Origin: Nitrospiria bacterium
GTDB taxonomy: Bacteria > Nitrospirota > RBG-16-64-22
NCBI GenBank assembly: GCA_919903025.1
Contig: CAKKSE010000008.1
Coordinates: 16,334-80,333, forward strand
Direction of reading: 5' to 3'
DNA length: 64,000 nt
Part shown: piece after piece, positions 19,472-28,706 of the stretch
Layout of the letters: every line of letters starts with the position of its first letter
Numbering within the stretch: position 1 is the stretch's first letter
Notes under the pieces: generated by a model
Seen by the model: only the letters and a program-made list of their open reading frames with translations
Database searches by the model: none
Told to the model about the DNA's origin: nothing
Translations under genes and position numbers: made by a program

Positions 19472-21201
19472 CAGTACGCGAGCCTCATCTTATCCGGGTC
19501 GGGCGTCCCCCAGATCGTGGGATTGTACCCGAGCACGCGGTTCTTGTGGGCGACGAAGACCGACTCCCGGGCCGTGAGGATCACCGGAAGCTCTTCGTGC
19601 AGGATCTCCTGGATTCTTTTGTAGTACTGCGGCCTCTTCTTCGGGTCGAGCTCCCGCGCCCCGAGGTCGATCAGCCTGTCGATCTCCGCCTCCCACGCCG
19701 TCTCAGGCTTGGCCTGCCGCGGGTTCCACATGTGGAGATGGCCGCTCGACTTGTAGAAGGTCGAGCCCCAGTGCGGCTCCAGCCCCCCCGTCAGGCCGAT
19801 CAGGATCGCGTCCCACTCGAAGTTGCTGTCGAGCTTCTCGACAAGCGTATTGAATTCGAGCGGCTTGTAGTTGACCTTGAGCCCGAGCTTCTTCCAGTCC
19901 TCGAGGACGATCGCCGCGATCCGTTCGCGCGTCCGGTTCCCCTGGTTCGTGTAGAGGTCGAACGAGACGGGATTCCCGTTCGGGTCCTCGCGGATCTTGT
20001 CCCCGTCGCGGTCCCGGTACCCGGCCTCGTCGAGAAGTCTCTCCGCCTTCTTGAGATCGTACTCGTAGTCCTTGATGGCGGCGTTGTGGAACCTCTTGAC
20101 CTCTGGAGAGATGTCAGCCACAGCCGGCTCGCCGTACCCGCGGAACGCGTTGAAGACGATCGTCTCCTTGTCCACGGCGTGGGCCAGCGCCCGGAGGAAC
20201 CTCTTGTCCGTGAACCAGTCGAGGCGCGGATCGCGCTTCCCGCCCTTCACGTAGTGCCGGGGGTTCCGGTTGAAGGCGATGAACGGCGTCCCCGTGGAAA
20301 GCCCCAGCTCCTTCAGCGTCCAGTCCCTCGCCCGGGCCTTCCCGCGAATGGTCTCGACCATGTCGGCCGAGGGGCCGTAGATGTCCGTGTCCCCCGCGTC
20401 GAACTTGACGTAGGCCGTGTTGATGTCCTTCACGATCAGGAGGACGCGCCGCTTGACGTACGGAAGCCGCTCTCCCTTCTCGTCCGTCCGCCAGTAGCGG
20501 GGATTGACCTCGTACAGGACGTGCTGGGCGGGAACGTACTTCGTGATGAGGTACGGCCCCGTTCCGGCAAGCTCTTCCGGGGGCGTGTTGATGTTCCAGG
20601 CCGAGTCGAACTTCCCGGCGTCCAGCGCCGCTTCGAGCTTGTGCCTCGGCAGAATATCCACCTGCACGATGTCGAGGAACGGCGCGAAGGGAAAGGGAAG
20701 CGTGAACGTGACCGTGTGCCGATCGGCCGCCTTCACGATCATCTTCCCCCCCTCGATCATCCAGGCGTCCCGGATCGAGGAAGCGACCTTGGGGTCGTAG
20801 ATCGCCCGCGCCGTGAAGACGACGTCCTCGGCCGTGAACGGCACGCCGTCGCTCCAGAGAACGTCCTTGCGGAGCCTGAAGGTCCACGTCCGGCCGTCGG
20901 GCGAGACGGACCACGACTCCGCCAGGACGGGCTCGAAGTCGGTCGTGACGGGATCGCGCCGGATGAGCCCCTCGAAGAGGATCCCCGCGACGGCCGACGA
21001 CGACGTCTCCTTCGAGACGATCATGTTGAAGGTCTTGGGGTCCCCCAGCGTGTCGGTCGTGAGCGTGGGCGGAAGCTCCACCCGCTCCGCCTTGCCCGAG
21101 CAGGCGAGAAGAAGGGCAAACAGCGGAATGTAAGCGAACCGGGGAACGATCGTAATTCTGCGCACGGCGCGCATAATACCATAGTGAGAGCGCATTGCCA
21201 C
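19471..21201 (-). CDS. ABC transporter substrate-binding lipoprotein, family 5 (oligopeptide/dipeptide/nickel type)
   Basis: Lipobox LLLACSG and an SBP_bac_5 domain over about 520 aa. The start could be one of several N-terminal Mets. Confidence 0.8.
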   Translation of the reverse strand: MAMRSHYGIMRAVRRITIVPRFAYIPLFALLLACSGKAERVELPPTLTTDTLGDPKTFNMIVSKETSSSAVAGILFEGLIRRDPVTTDFEPVLAESWSVSPDGRTWTFRLRKDVLWSDGVPFTAEDVVFTARAIYDPKVASSIRDAWMIEGGKMIVKAADRHTVTFTLPFPFAPFLDIVQVDILPRHKLEAALDAGKFDSAWNINTPPEELAGTGPYLITKYVPAQHVLYEVNPRYWRTDEKGERLPYVKRRVLLIVKDINTAYVKFDAGDTDIYGPSADMVETIRGKARARDWTLKELGLSTGTPFIAFNRNPRHYVKGGKRDPRLDWFTDKRFLRALAHAVDKETIVFNAFRGYGEPAVADISPEVKRFHNAAIKDYEYDLKKAERLLDEAGYRDRDGDKIREDPNGNPVSFDLYTNQGNRTRERIAAIVLEDWKKLGLKVNYKPLEFNTLVEKLDSNFEWDAILIGLTGGLEPHWGSTFYKSSGHLHMWNPRQAKPETAWEAEIDRLIDLGARELDPKKRPQYYKRIQEILHEELPVILTARESVFVAHKNRVLGYNPTIWGTPDPDKMRLAY

Positions 21202-21344
21202 CCACGGCCGTTCACCACGGCCGTTCGATTCTGCATTCCCTTCACCCCCACCCTGGCCCTTGTATCTTGTCCAAGGGGGTCTGGGTCATAGACAATGGAA
21301 CCGTTCTTTAGCCAAGGCGTGGCAGATCGTCCTTGCCCCCCCCC

Positions 21345-21424
21345 GTCAAGGGGGAGGAAATTCCTGAAGCACCGACTTGCTCTTTTCCTCCCCCCTTGAG
21401 GGGGAGGAATAAGGTGGGGGGGGG
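21345..21424. repeat. G-rich hairpin element (CCTCCCCC-loop-GGGGGAGG family), two adjacent units
   Basis: CAAGGGGGAGGAAA ... TTTCCTCCCCCCTTGAGGGGGAGGAA read directly in the divergent promoter region. Confidence 0.5.
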
Positions 21425-21458
21425 TGATTCACCTTTTTCTGTGCTATACTTCCCGCCC

Positions 21459-22937
21459 ATGTCATCCCCGCGAACGTTCAAACTCCTGTACAAGATCGTC
21501 GGCCTCGTCATCATTATTGTGGCCGCCATCGCCGCGGCCTCCTACGCCGTCTCCGCCACCCGGGAAGAGAGGATCAAGCGGGAGGAGCAGGAGCTCCAGA
21601 TGTACAAGATGGCGAACATCATCGCCTCCCTCAAACTCATCGAGCCGGTCACCGGCCGGAACATCGACTGGGGAATCTACCAGAAGTTCGTGGACATCAC
21701 TGGAAGCCTCGACCCGGACATCGTTGCGATCGCCGTCATGGACGGGGCGAACAGCATCAAGGCCTACTGGGCGGAAGAAAACCGGTTCAAGACCGCGAAC
21801 CCCCAGGCCGCCCTGGACTTGAAGAGCGCCCTCCGCTCCGCCGTCGCCCAGGGAAAGCTCCGCTCCCGGGAAGGGGACCTCGTGACGGTGGACTCTCCGA
21901 TCGCGGTGGACAACCGCCCCGTCGCGCTCATCCGGATCGTCTTCTCCCAGACGCGCATGAAGGAAGACGTCGCGCGGAACAGGCGGACCAGCCTCAACAT
22001 CGCGCTCGGCGTCCTGGGACTCGGCATCTTGGGCGGAATCGTCCTGGCGCGCGGCGTGACGCGACCGCTCGAAAACCTCGCCGGCAAGATGCAGAAGGTC
22101 GCCGCGGGCGACTTCTCGGAACGGATGACGTCTTTCCCGCGGGACGAGGTGGGGATGCTCGCCCGCACGTTCAACGGAATGGTCGACGGGCTCGTCGAGC
22201 GGGACCGGATCAAGGCCGAGCGGGACCGGCTGGAAGTGGAGAAAGCGCGCTACCGCGATACCCTCCAGCGGTACGTCTCCCGCCAGGTGGCGGATCGGAT
22301 CCTGAGCGAGCACGGGACGCCCTTCCTCAAGGGAGAACGGCGGGACGTGACTATCCTCTTCTCGGACATCCGCGGCTTCACGCGGATGTCCGAGCGGATG
22401 CAGCCCGAAGAGGTCGTCCTGCTGTTGAACGAATACTTCTCGCTCATGATCGACATCGTCTTCAAGTACGACGGGATGCTCGACAAATTTATCGGGGACT
22501 GCGTGATGGCCGTCTTCGGCGCGCCGGAAGGGCACCCGGACGACGCCATCAGGGCCGTCCGGACGGCCCTGGAGATGAGGGACGCGGTCCGCCGGTTCAA
22601 CGACCGCCGCGCCAAGGAGGGTAAGGAGATGATCCAGGCCGGGATCGGGATCAACTCCGGCCAGGCCGTGGCGGGGAGCATCGGCTCCCTGGAGCGGATG
22701 GAGTACACGGTCATCGGCGACAACGTGAACCTGGCGAGCCGCCTCACGTCGAGCGCCGTGAGCGGGCAGATCCTGATCAGCGAGCAGACGTACAGGAAGG
22801 TCGGGAATTACGTCCGGGCGGCGAAGCTCCCGTCGATCCAGGTCAAGGGGAAGGAAGCGCTCGTGGACATTTACGAAATCGAGGACCTCGCGGCGGCCGA
22901 GACCGTCGCGATGCCCGGAGGAGGTCAGCGACAATGA
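21459..22937 (+). CDS. Membrane adenylate/guanylate cyclase with HAMP domain (class III CHD)
   Basis: One TM segment, a periplasmic-type region, a second TM segment, HAMP, then CHD with FSDIRGFT...GDCVMAVFG...NLASRL metal and substrate residues. Start trimmed to the Met at 21459. Confidence 0.8.
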   Translation: MSSPRTFKLLYKIVGLVIIIVAAIAAASYAVSATREERIKREEQELQMYKMANIIASLKLIEPVTGRNIDWGIYQKFVDITGSLDPDIVAIAVMDGANSIKAYWAEENRFKTANPQAALDLKSALRSAVAQGKLRSREGDLVTVDSPIAVDNRPVALIRIVFSQTRMKEDVARNRRTSLNIALGVLGLGILGGIVLARGVTRPLENLAGKMQKVAAGDFSERMTSFPRDEVGMLARTFNGMVDGLVERDRIKAERDRLEVEKARYRDTLQRYVSRQVADRILSEHGTPFLKGERRDVTILFSDIRGFTRMSERMQPEEVVLLLNEYFSLMIDIVFKYDGMLDKFIGDCVMAVFGAPEGHPDDAIRAVRTALEMRDAVRRFNDRRAKEGKEMIQAGIGINSGQAVAGSIGSLERMEYTVIGDNVNLASRLTSSAVSGQILISEQTYRKVGNYVRAAKLPSIQVKGKEALVDIYEIEDLAAAETVAMPGGGQRQ

Positions 22938-23866
22938 TGCGTTGGATGGGCGTGATCGCCGTATCGGCCGGACTGGTCTTTTCCCAGGGATGCGGGAAAA
23001 AAGAGGAAGACAAGAAGATCACGATCGAGTTCAACGTGAAGAAAGAGGAGGCCCAACCTCCCGAGAAAGCGGAGGAGAAAAAGGTCGCCGCCGCACCCGC
23101 TCCGACCGTGCCTTCGGGGCCTGCCCCGACTGTGCCTTCGGGGCCGGCTCCCGCTCCCCAGCCTCCGCCGGTCGCGCCTCCCAAGGCCGAAGTGAGAGAG
23201 GCGCCGCCGTCTCCGGCCGCGGCGCCCAAGACCGAGCCAAGACCCGAACCCAGGCCCGAAAAGAAGAAAGAAGAAGGACGGGTCGCCGCCATCGCGCCCA
23301 AGGCGCCGCCGCCGCCCAGGCCCAAGCCTGTCAACCTTCCGGACGATTTCCTCAACAAGGAAGTCTACGTCCGCACAACCCTCCACGCCTTGAAGAACAA
23401 GCTTTTCTGGCAGAATTTCCTGTCGGGCACGCCGATCGTCCCGGGAACGCCCGCGACGATCACGCTTGTGAAGGGAGGCGCGGCGGTCGTCACGATCAAC
23501 GGCGTCCCGCACAAGTTCGCCTTCTCGGGACACAAGGCGGAGCCCCGGCCGGCCGTAATGCTCTCGAAGTTCTTCTCCCCCGCCGACCCGGCGAAAGTCC
23601 TAACGCCCGAGGACCTCAGGGCGTCCCGGGAGCCCGAGGCCAGGCCCGGCATGTCGAAGACAGCCGTCCTCGCTCTCTACGGCGTACCGTACGCCGTGGG
23701 CGCGAACGAGAACCCCACGGGGATGCTGGCCCTCGACGAGATCCACAAGGACACCCGGTGGGTCTATCTCGTGACGAAGAAGGAGAAGCTCGTCATTGTC
23801 TTCAGCAACGGCAGGGTCTCCGGAGTGCAGAAGGGGAGCCCGAAGGGACGAGTCGAAGCGCCGTGA
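22934..23866 (+). CDS. Lipoprotein with Pro/Ala-rich linker (paralog 1)
   Basis: Lipobox FSQGC, repeated PAPTVPSGPAP units, and a C-terminal globular domain. ATGA overlap with the cyclase stop. Confidence 0.55.
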   Translation: MMRWMGVIAVSAGLVFSQGCGKKEEDKKITIEFNVKKEEAQPPEKAEEKKVAAAPAPTVPSGPAPTVPSGPAPAPQPPPVAPPKAEVREAPPSPAAAPKTEPRPEPRPEKKKEEGRVAAIAPKAPPPPRPKPVNLPDDFLNKEVYVRTTLHALKNKLFWQNFLSGTPIVPGTPATITLVKGGAAVVTINGVPHKFAFSGHKAEPRPAVMLSKFFSPADPAKVLTPEDLRASREPEARPGMSKTAVLALYGVPYAVGANENPTGMLALDEIHKDTRWVYLVTKKEKLVIVFSNGRVSGVQKGSPKGRVEAP

Positions 23867-24588
23867 AGAGCGGCCGCTTTATCGCCCCTCTTCTCCTTCT
23901 CGCCCTCGCCTCCTTCCCCGCCTGCGGCGAGAAGAAGGAAGAGGACAAGAAGATCACGATTCAGTTCAACGTCTCGAAGGAGACGGAGGAGAAGAAGAGC
24001 GAGACGGCCCCCGGGGCGCCGCAGAAGCCGCCCGCTCAGGCGGGAGCGCAAACTGCGCTCGCCCCGGCGGAACGCAAGGTTTCCCCCCAGCCCCCCGCTG
24101 TGCGGGGCGCCAAAGCAGCCGCCCGCGCGCCCCTGCCGCCTGAGGCCCCTGAAGCCAATGAAGTCAAAGAAAAGATCGAGGCCGCGAAGCGCGCTCTCGA
24201 TCAGCGGCAGGCGGCCGAGGCGATCCGGCTCCTGAACGAAGCCAAGCGGCTAGCCCCCGATCATCCCCGTCTTTACCCGATGCTCGCCCGCGCCCACCAG
24301 ATGAACCGGGACCGGGAAGGAGCGCGGGCCGCAATCCAGGAAGGCCTCGTTCGGAACCCGGACAACGCGCTCCTTCTCTATCTGCGCGGGTTCCTTTACC
24401 ATCGGGAAGGAAACGCCCATCTCGCCCGGCAGGACCTTCGACGGGCGCTTGAGATCGACCCGAACCTTCCGATGGCTCAGCGGGCCCGCCAGACGCTCCA
24501 GGATATCGAGGAAGGCAAGCCGCCCCGCCGTCCGGCCGCCCGCAGGCAAGGCCCCGGGGGAGGCCCGCCCGGAGTTGACGACTTCTGA
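23863..24588 (+). CDS. Lipoprotein with TPR-like repeats (paralog 2; GTG start overlapping the previous stop)
   Basis: MKSGRFIAPLLLLALASFPAC lipobox. Shares the CG(E)KKEEDKKITI(E/Q)FNV N-terminus with paralog 1. C-terminal TPR-like helices. Confidence 0.5.
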   Translation: MKSGRFIAPLLLLALASFPACGEKKEEDKKITIQFNVSKETEEKKSETAPGAPQKPPAQAGAQTALAPAERKVSPQPPAVRGAKAAARAPLPPEAPEANEVKEKIEAAKRALDQRQAAEAIRLLNEAKRLAPDHPRLYPMLARAHQMNRDREGARAAIQEGLVRNPDNALLLYLRGFLYHREGNAHLARQDLRRALEIDPNLPMAQRARQTLQDIEEGKPPRRPAARRQGPGGGPPGVDDF

Positions 24589-24654
24589 AGCCCCGGGTAA
24601 GATGGGTTTTGCCTTTGCCGGGCGCTTGGCCCGGCCTTCCACGGAGACGCCGCA

Positions 24655-25029
24655 ATGCCGTCGACCGCGAATATCCTTGTCATCGAGGATGAAGAACCGA
24701 TGCGGGCTCTTCTTTCCGCGGAGCTTGCCGACGAGGGATACGACGTCGCAACGGCCGCCAGCGGCGAGGAAGGCCTTGCCTTGTTCGACGCGAGGCGTCC
24801 AGACCTCGTCATCCTGGACATCAAGATGGCGGGGATCGGCGGCATGAAGACGCTCGAGCTTCTCCGCGAGCGGACGCTGGACGTCCCGGTCCTTCTCTTC
24901 ACGGCATATCCTGAATACAAGCAGGACTTCAACGCCTGGGCGTCCGACGACTACGTCGTGAAATCCTCGGACATGGCCCCGCTCAAGGAGAAGATCCGCT
25001 TCCATCTGAACGCCCGGAGGACTCGTTGA
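24655..25029 (+). CDS. Single-domain response regulator (CheY-like receiver)
   Basis: DD...D(57-like)...T...K receiver residues. 124 aa. Confidence 0.8.
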   Translation: MPSTANILVIEDEEPMRALLSAELADEGYDVATAASGEEGLALFDARRPDLVILDIKMAGIGGMKTLELLRERTLDVPVLLFTAYPEYKQDFNAWASDDYVVKSSDMAPLKEKIRFHLNARRTR

Positions 25030-26336
25030 CCGACCCGTCCGGGGGAAGCGCCGATCTCTCCGCCGCCCGCTTGGGCGAGCTCTGGCGGACGATCGAGGAC
25101 CTCAAGCGCCAGATCCGCGAGCGGGACGAGCTTCTCGCCGAATACCGCAAGGCCCTCGAAACCCACCTGGCCCCCCCCCGCCCGTACCAGATCGTGACGG
25201 CCAAGGAGAAGGTGGACCGTTCCATCGCCATCCTGAACACGCTCTACCACGTGAACGGCGGGTACACCTCGGCCATGTCCGGGCCGTACCGGGCGCTCTG
25301 GCTCCGGGACACGCTCTACTGCGCGATCGCCCGCGAGTACGTGGGCGACTTCGAGAGCATCAAGAAGACGTACGGCTTGGCCTTCGACATCTTTCACAAG
25401 TCCGGCGACAAGATATCGAGCTGTATCGACGATCCGCCGACGGCGAAGACCGACTTTCTCCACGCCCGCTACAATCCCCACACCCTCCAGGAGTTTCCCG
25501 AGGAGTGGGGCCACAACCAGCTCGACATCTTCGGCCTCTTTCTCTACAAGGTGGGGGATCTGCGGCAGAAGGGGATCGTCGTCTACCGCGACTACAAGGA
25601 CCTGAAGCTGGCCCAGGACCTCGTCTGGTATCTCTTCTCGCTGGACTGGGACAAGGCCCCCGATTTCGGCGTATGGGAAGAAGGGCCGGAGGTCCACGCG
25701 TCGAGCGTCGGGGCCGTCCTGGCCGGGCTCCGCGCGGCCCGGGAGCACATCGCCGAGATCCGCGTTCCCGGCCGCTTCCTCGCCGCTGGGCGCGAGGCCT
25801 TGGGCCGCCTTCTCCCGCGGGAAAGCGAGTCGCGGCCGTATGACCTGGCCCAGCTCTCCCTTCTCTGGCCGTACCGCGTCGTCTCGCCCGAGCAGAGGGA
25901 GCAGATCCTGTCGAACATCGAGACTCACCTCGTCCGCGAACGGGGGGTCATCCGCTACCCCGGGGACCGTTACTACAACGCCGATCCGAGCCGCCCCGAC
26001 GGAAATGAAGCGGCCTGGCCGATGGGCTTCTCGTGGCTCTCGATCGTGTACACCAAGATCGCCGAGGAAGACCTCGCCGCGGGACGCCGTTCCGACGTCA
26101 TCGCGTCATTCAAGAAAGCACACCACTACATCAAGAGGACCGAGTCAGCCATGGTGGACGGAGGGGCGATCCCCGAGCTCTACGTGGGCGACAAACCGAA
26201 TCCGAACACGCCGCTCACCTGGGCGCAGGCGATGTACATTGTGGCCGTCCAATCCCTGGAAAACCTCAAGCTTTCCCTGGACCGCGTCGAAATGGGAAGT
26301 GTGGCCGCGGAAATGGAGAGGGAAGGCGCGGGCTAA
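25026..26336 (+). CDS. Glycoside hydrolase family 15-like protein (glucoamylase/trehalase/phosphorylase-kinase-type (alpha/alpha)6 barrel) with an N-terminal coiled coil
   Basis: GH15-type motifs (LWLRDT, WEEGPEVHASSVG, W...E catalytic-region pattern). ATGA overlap with the upstream response regulator. Confidence 0.65.
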   Translation: MTDPSGGSADLSAARLGELWRTIEDLKRQIRERDELLAEYRKALETHLAPPRPYQIVTAKEKVDRSIAILNTLYHVNGGYTSAMSGPYRALWLRDTLYCAIAREYVGDFESIKKTYGLAFDIFHKSGDKISSCIDDPPTAKTDFLHARYNPHTLQEFPEEWGHNQLDIFGLFLYKVGDLRQKGIVVYRDYKDLKLAQDLVWYLFSLDWDKAPDFGVWEEGPEVHASSVGAVLAGLRAAREHIAEIRVPGRFLAAGREALGRLLPRESESRPYDLAQLSLLWPYRVVSPEQREQILSNIETHLVRERGVIRYPGDRYYNADPSRPDGNEAAWPMGFSWLSIVYTKIAEEDLAAGRRSDVIASFKKAHHYIKRTESAMVDGGAIPELYVGDKPNPNTPLTWAQAMYIVAVQSLENLKLSLDRVEMGSVAAEMEREGAG

Positions 26337-26344
26337 AGACGGTA

Positions 26345-26388
26345 TTGAAAATTGTAAATTTCAAATTGAAAATTTTCAATTTTCAATG
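26345..26388. repeat. AT-rich heptad repeat, copy B (palindromic arrangement GAAAATT...AATTTTC)
   Basis: TTGAAAATTGTAAATTTCAAATTGAAAATTTTCAATTTTCAATG between two convergent genes. Confidence 0.6.
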
Positions 26389-26408
26389 CCCTGCCAATGA
26401 CCTGGCGC

Positions 26409-26933
26409 CTACGTCCTCAGCGCCAGCTCGACAATGAGGACGACGAGAGTTCCGAGGACGAGGTTGACGCGGACGAGCGCGGTGAGACTCTTCAGATGGG
26501 CCGGGATCTCCGCGTACCGCACGCTCCCTGGCTGTTCCAAGCGGGCGAGATCGGACGCGGCGGCGTAGTGGCGGAAGACGATCCGGAGGAAGACGAGAAC
26601 CATCGCGAGCGTGACCGCGAACTTCGCCGTCATGAGAATCCCGTACCGGCTCCCGGCGAGGCTTGGCGACACGCCGAGCCGGGCGAAATAGAAGTAGGCG
26701 CCCGTCGCCGCGAGGACCGCGATGCTTGACCCGGCCAGGATGAAGAACCGCCGAAGGACCGGAACGATGAGCGGGATTCGCTCCTCGATCGGGCGGGTGA
26801 CGAGAACCGGGTGCAAGGCCAGGATGGCGAAGACCATGCCCCCAAGCCACGTCACGGCGGCAAGAACATGAAGAACGTGGAGCAGGGCATCGATCGTCAC
26901 CATGCGGATCCTCCGGAAGACGTCCGCGATCAT
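26409..26933 (-). CDS. Small polytopic membrane protein (CopD-like/DUF-type), function unknown
   Basis: About 5 TM helices. The N-terminal 57 codons of the longer ORF look non-coding, so the start is trimmed to an internal Met. Confidence 0.4.
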   Translation of the reverse strand: MIADVFRRIRMVTIDALLHVLHVLAAVTWLGGMVFAILALHPVLVTRPIEERIPLIVPVLRRFFILAGSSIAVLAATGAYFYFARLGVSPSLAGSRYGILMTAKFAVTLAMVLVFLRIVFRHYAAASDLARLEQPGSVRYAEIPAHLKSLTALVRVNLVLGTLVVLIVELALRT

Positions 26934-26987
26934 ATCCGGCGGGGGGCCGCGGCGTCCAGCGCCTGCTGAACCGAAGGAGAAGAACTC

Positions 26988-28250
26988 ATGGCGGAAGGAA
27001 TAAGCGGTTTCGTCGTCGTCGGCGTCATTCTGGCCGGCTCGATCGCAGCCTTCGTCATCGGCGCGATCATCGGCCGAAAAAAGGGCGCGGCCGAAGTCGA
27101 GCAATCCTTTAACCAGAACATCAAGCAGGTCGAGGCCCGCCTAGCCTCCGAGGGTTCTTTCCGGAAGGCGCTCCAGAACGAGATCGACTGGCTCAAAAAG
27201 GAGAACGAGCGGTACATCCACCTGTTCGTTACGTTCCCCGAGGCCGTCAAGCGCCTCAACTCCACCCAGTCGGTGGACGAAGTCTCCTCGGCCGTCGTCC
27301 GCCTGGCGAAGATGCTCATCGACGCGGACGAGATCAGCCTCTTCTTCTACAAGGAGGCCGAGAACGAGCTCCGCATCGCCCTGGCCTTCGGGATCAAGCG
27401 CGAGCAGGCCGAGGGGCTCCGCGTGCCGTTCGGCGAGGGGATGATCGGGACGGCGGCCGAGACCCGCGTCCTCCTCTCCGAGAACGAATACCGGACCAAC
27501 CCCGAATACGTCGAAAAGAGGGCCCGCGCGCGGGAGACGCGGATCGTGTCCACCTACGCCGCGCCGATCGTCTGCAAGGAAAAGCTCTACGGCGTCCTCA
27601 ACATCGGGAACATCAAGAACCGCACGGGAAACGAGCGGAAATTCCTGGCCATGATCTCCGACCTGGCCGCCGTCTCGCTGGAGAACGCCCTCACGCTCTC
27701 GGGGACGAGAACGGAGGCGACGACCGATCCCCTCACGAGCCTCTACAACCGGCGTTACTTCCAGGAGCGCCTCGTCGAGGAAGTCCAGCGCTCCCGGACG
27801 TACAACGTCCCTCTTTCCGTCTTCATGATGGACATCGACAACTTCAAGCACTACAACGACAACAACGGCCACCCGGAGGGCGACAGGCTCCTCAAGGCGG
27901 TCTCCAAGCTCATCCGGGACAACACGCGCAAGACCTCCATCGTCGCCCGCTACGGCGGCGAGGAGTTCATCGTCCTTCTTCCCGACACTCCCAAGGAAGG
28001 CGCCATGGCCTACGCGGAGAAGATGCGATCGCTCATCTCGGGGACGGAGTTCCCGCACGGCGACAACCAGCCGCTCAGGTGCATCTCGGTCTCCGGGGGC
28101 GTCGCCACGTTTCCCTTCGACGGGGACTCGGGCGACGAGATCGTCCGCCGCGCCGACGAGGGGCTCTACCAGAGCAAGGAGCGGGGGAGGAACCGCGTCA
28201 CCCCCTACGAGCCGCCCGCCTTCCACAAGATGACCCTGCCGGGAGACTGA
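26988..28250 (+). CDS. GAF-GGDEF diguanylate cyclase (membrane-anchored)
   Basis: N-terminal TM segment, coiled coil, GAF domain and a GGDEF domain with an intact RYGGEEF active site. Confidence 0.85.
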   Translation: MAEGISGFVVVGVILAGSIAAFVIGAIIGRKKGAAEVEQSFNQNIKQVEARLASEGSFRKALQNEIDWLKKENERYIHLFVTFPEAVKRLNSTQSVDEVSSAVVRLAKMLIDADEISLFFYKEAENELRIALAFGIKREQAEGLRVPFGEGMIGTAAETRVLLSENEYRTNPEYVEKRARARETRIVSTYAAPIVCKEKLYGVLNIGNIKNRTGNERKFLAMISDLAAVSLENALTLSGTRTEATTDPLTSLYNRRYFQERLVEEVQRSRTYNVPLSVFMMDIDNFKHYNDNNGHPEGDRLLKAVSKLIRDNTRKTSIVARYGGEEFIVLLPDTPKEGAMAYAEKMRSLISGTEFPHGDNQPLRCISVSGGVATFPFDGDSGDEIVRRADEGLYQSKERGRNRVTPYEPPAFHKMTLPGD

Positions 28251-28251
28251 C

Positions 28252-28635
28252 TTGACGAGAGAGAAGTTCGAGCGCCTCGTCGCGGAGGCCCTGGACGGCC
28301 TCCCCCTCAAGTTCCGCGAGAAGATGGCCAACATCGCCGTCACCGTCGAGAGCTGGCCCTCTCACGAGGACCTGGAATCGGTCGGCCTCGACCCGGAAGA
28401 AGACGCCCTCTACGGCCTCTACCACGGCGTCCCCCTTCCCGAGCGTGAATTCAACTACGGAAACACCCTCCCCGACCGGATTGTCCTGTACCAGGACGTG
28501 ATCGAAGAGGACGCCGCGGACGAGGACGAAATCCGCGAGATCGTCCAGGAGACCGTCGTCCACGAAGTCGGCCATTACTTCGGCCTCTCGGACGAGGAGA
28601 TGGAGGAATGGGAGGCGGGGGGGTGGAGGGAATAG
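28252..28635 (+). CDS. Zincin-like metallopeptidase-family protein (PF06262-like), TTG start
   Basis: HEVGHYFG is an HExxH motif. Acidic C-terminus. 127 aa. Confidence 0.55.
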   Translation: MTREKFERLVAEALDGLPLKFREKMANIAVTVESWPSHEDLESVGLDPEEDALYGLYHGVPLPEREFNYGNTLPDRIVLYQDVIEEDAADEDEIREIVQETVVHEVGHYFGLSDEEMEEWEAGGWRE

Positions 28636-28706
28636 AGAGAACGTACGATCCGGGCATCCACCGCTTCAACAGTACCCAGTTCGCTACCCAATTGGGCCGG
28701 TATTAC

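Noticed and set aside
15104-21291. Several 300-580-aa plus-strand ORFs across the opp-like and rSAM locus (15104-16333, 16937-17926, 18356-19624, 19546-21291)
   Set aside because: All are antisense to motif-bearing genes and have highly biased RD/RG-rich composition.
21462-25928. Minus-strand ORFs of 490 aa and 325 aa, and a 548-aa plus-strand read-through ORF (22942-24588) in the cyclase operon
   Set aside because: The first two are antisense shadows of the cyclase and GH15 genes. The third is an out-of-context frame extension that actually contains the second lipoprotein gene, which starts at the GTG at 23863.
27141-28343. 400-aa minus-strand ORF opposite the GAF-GGDEF gene
   Set aside because: Antisense shadow. 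The GGDEF gene has an intact RYGGEEF site and domain order.
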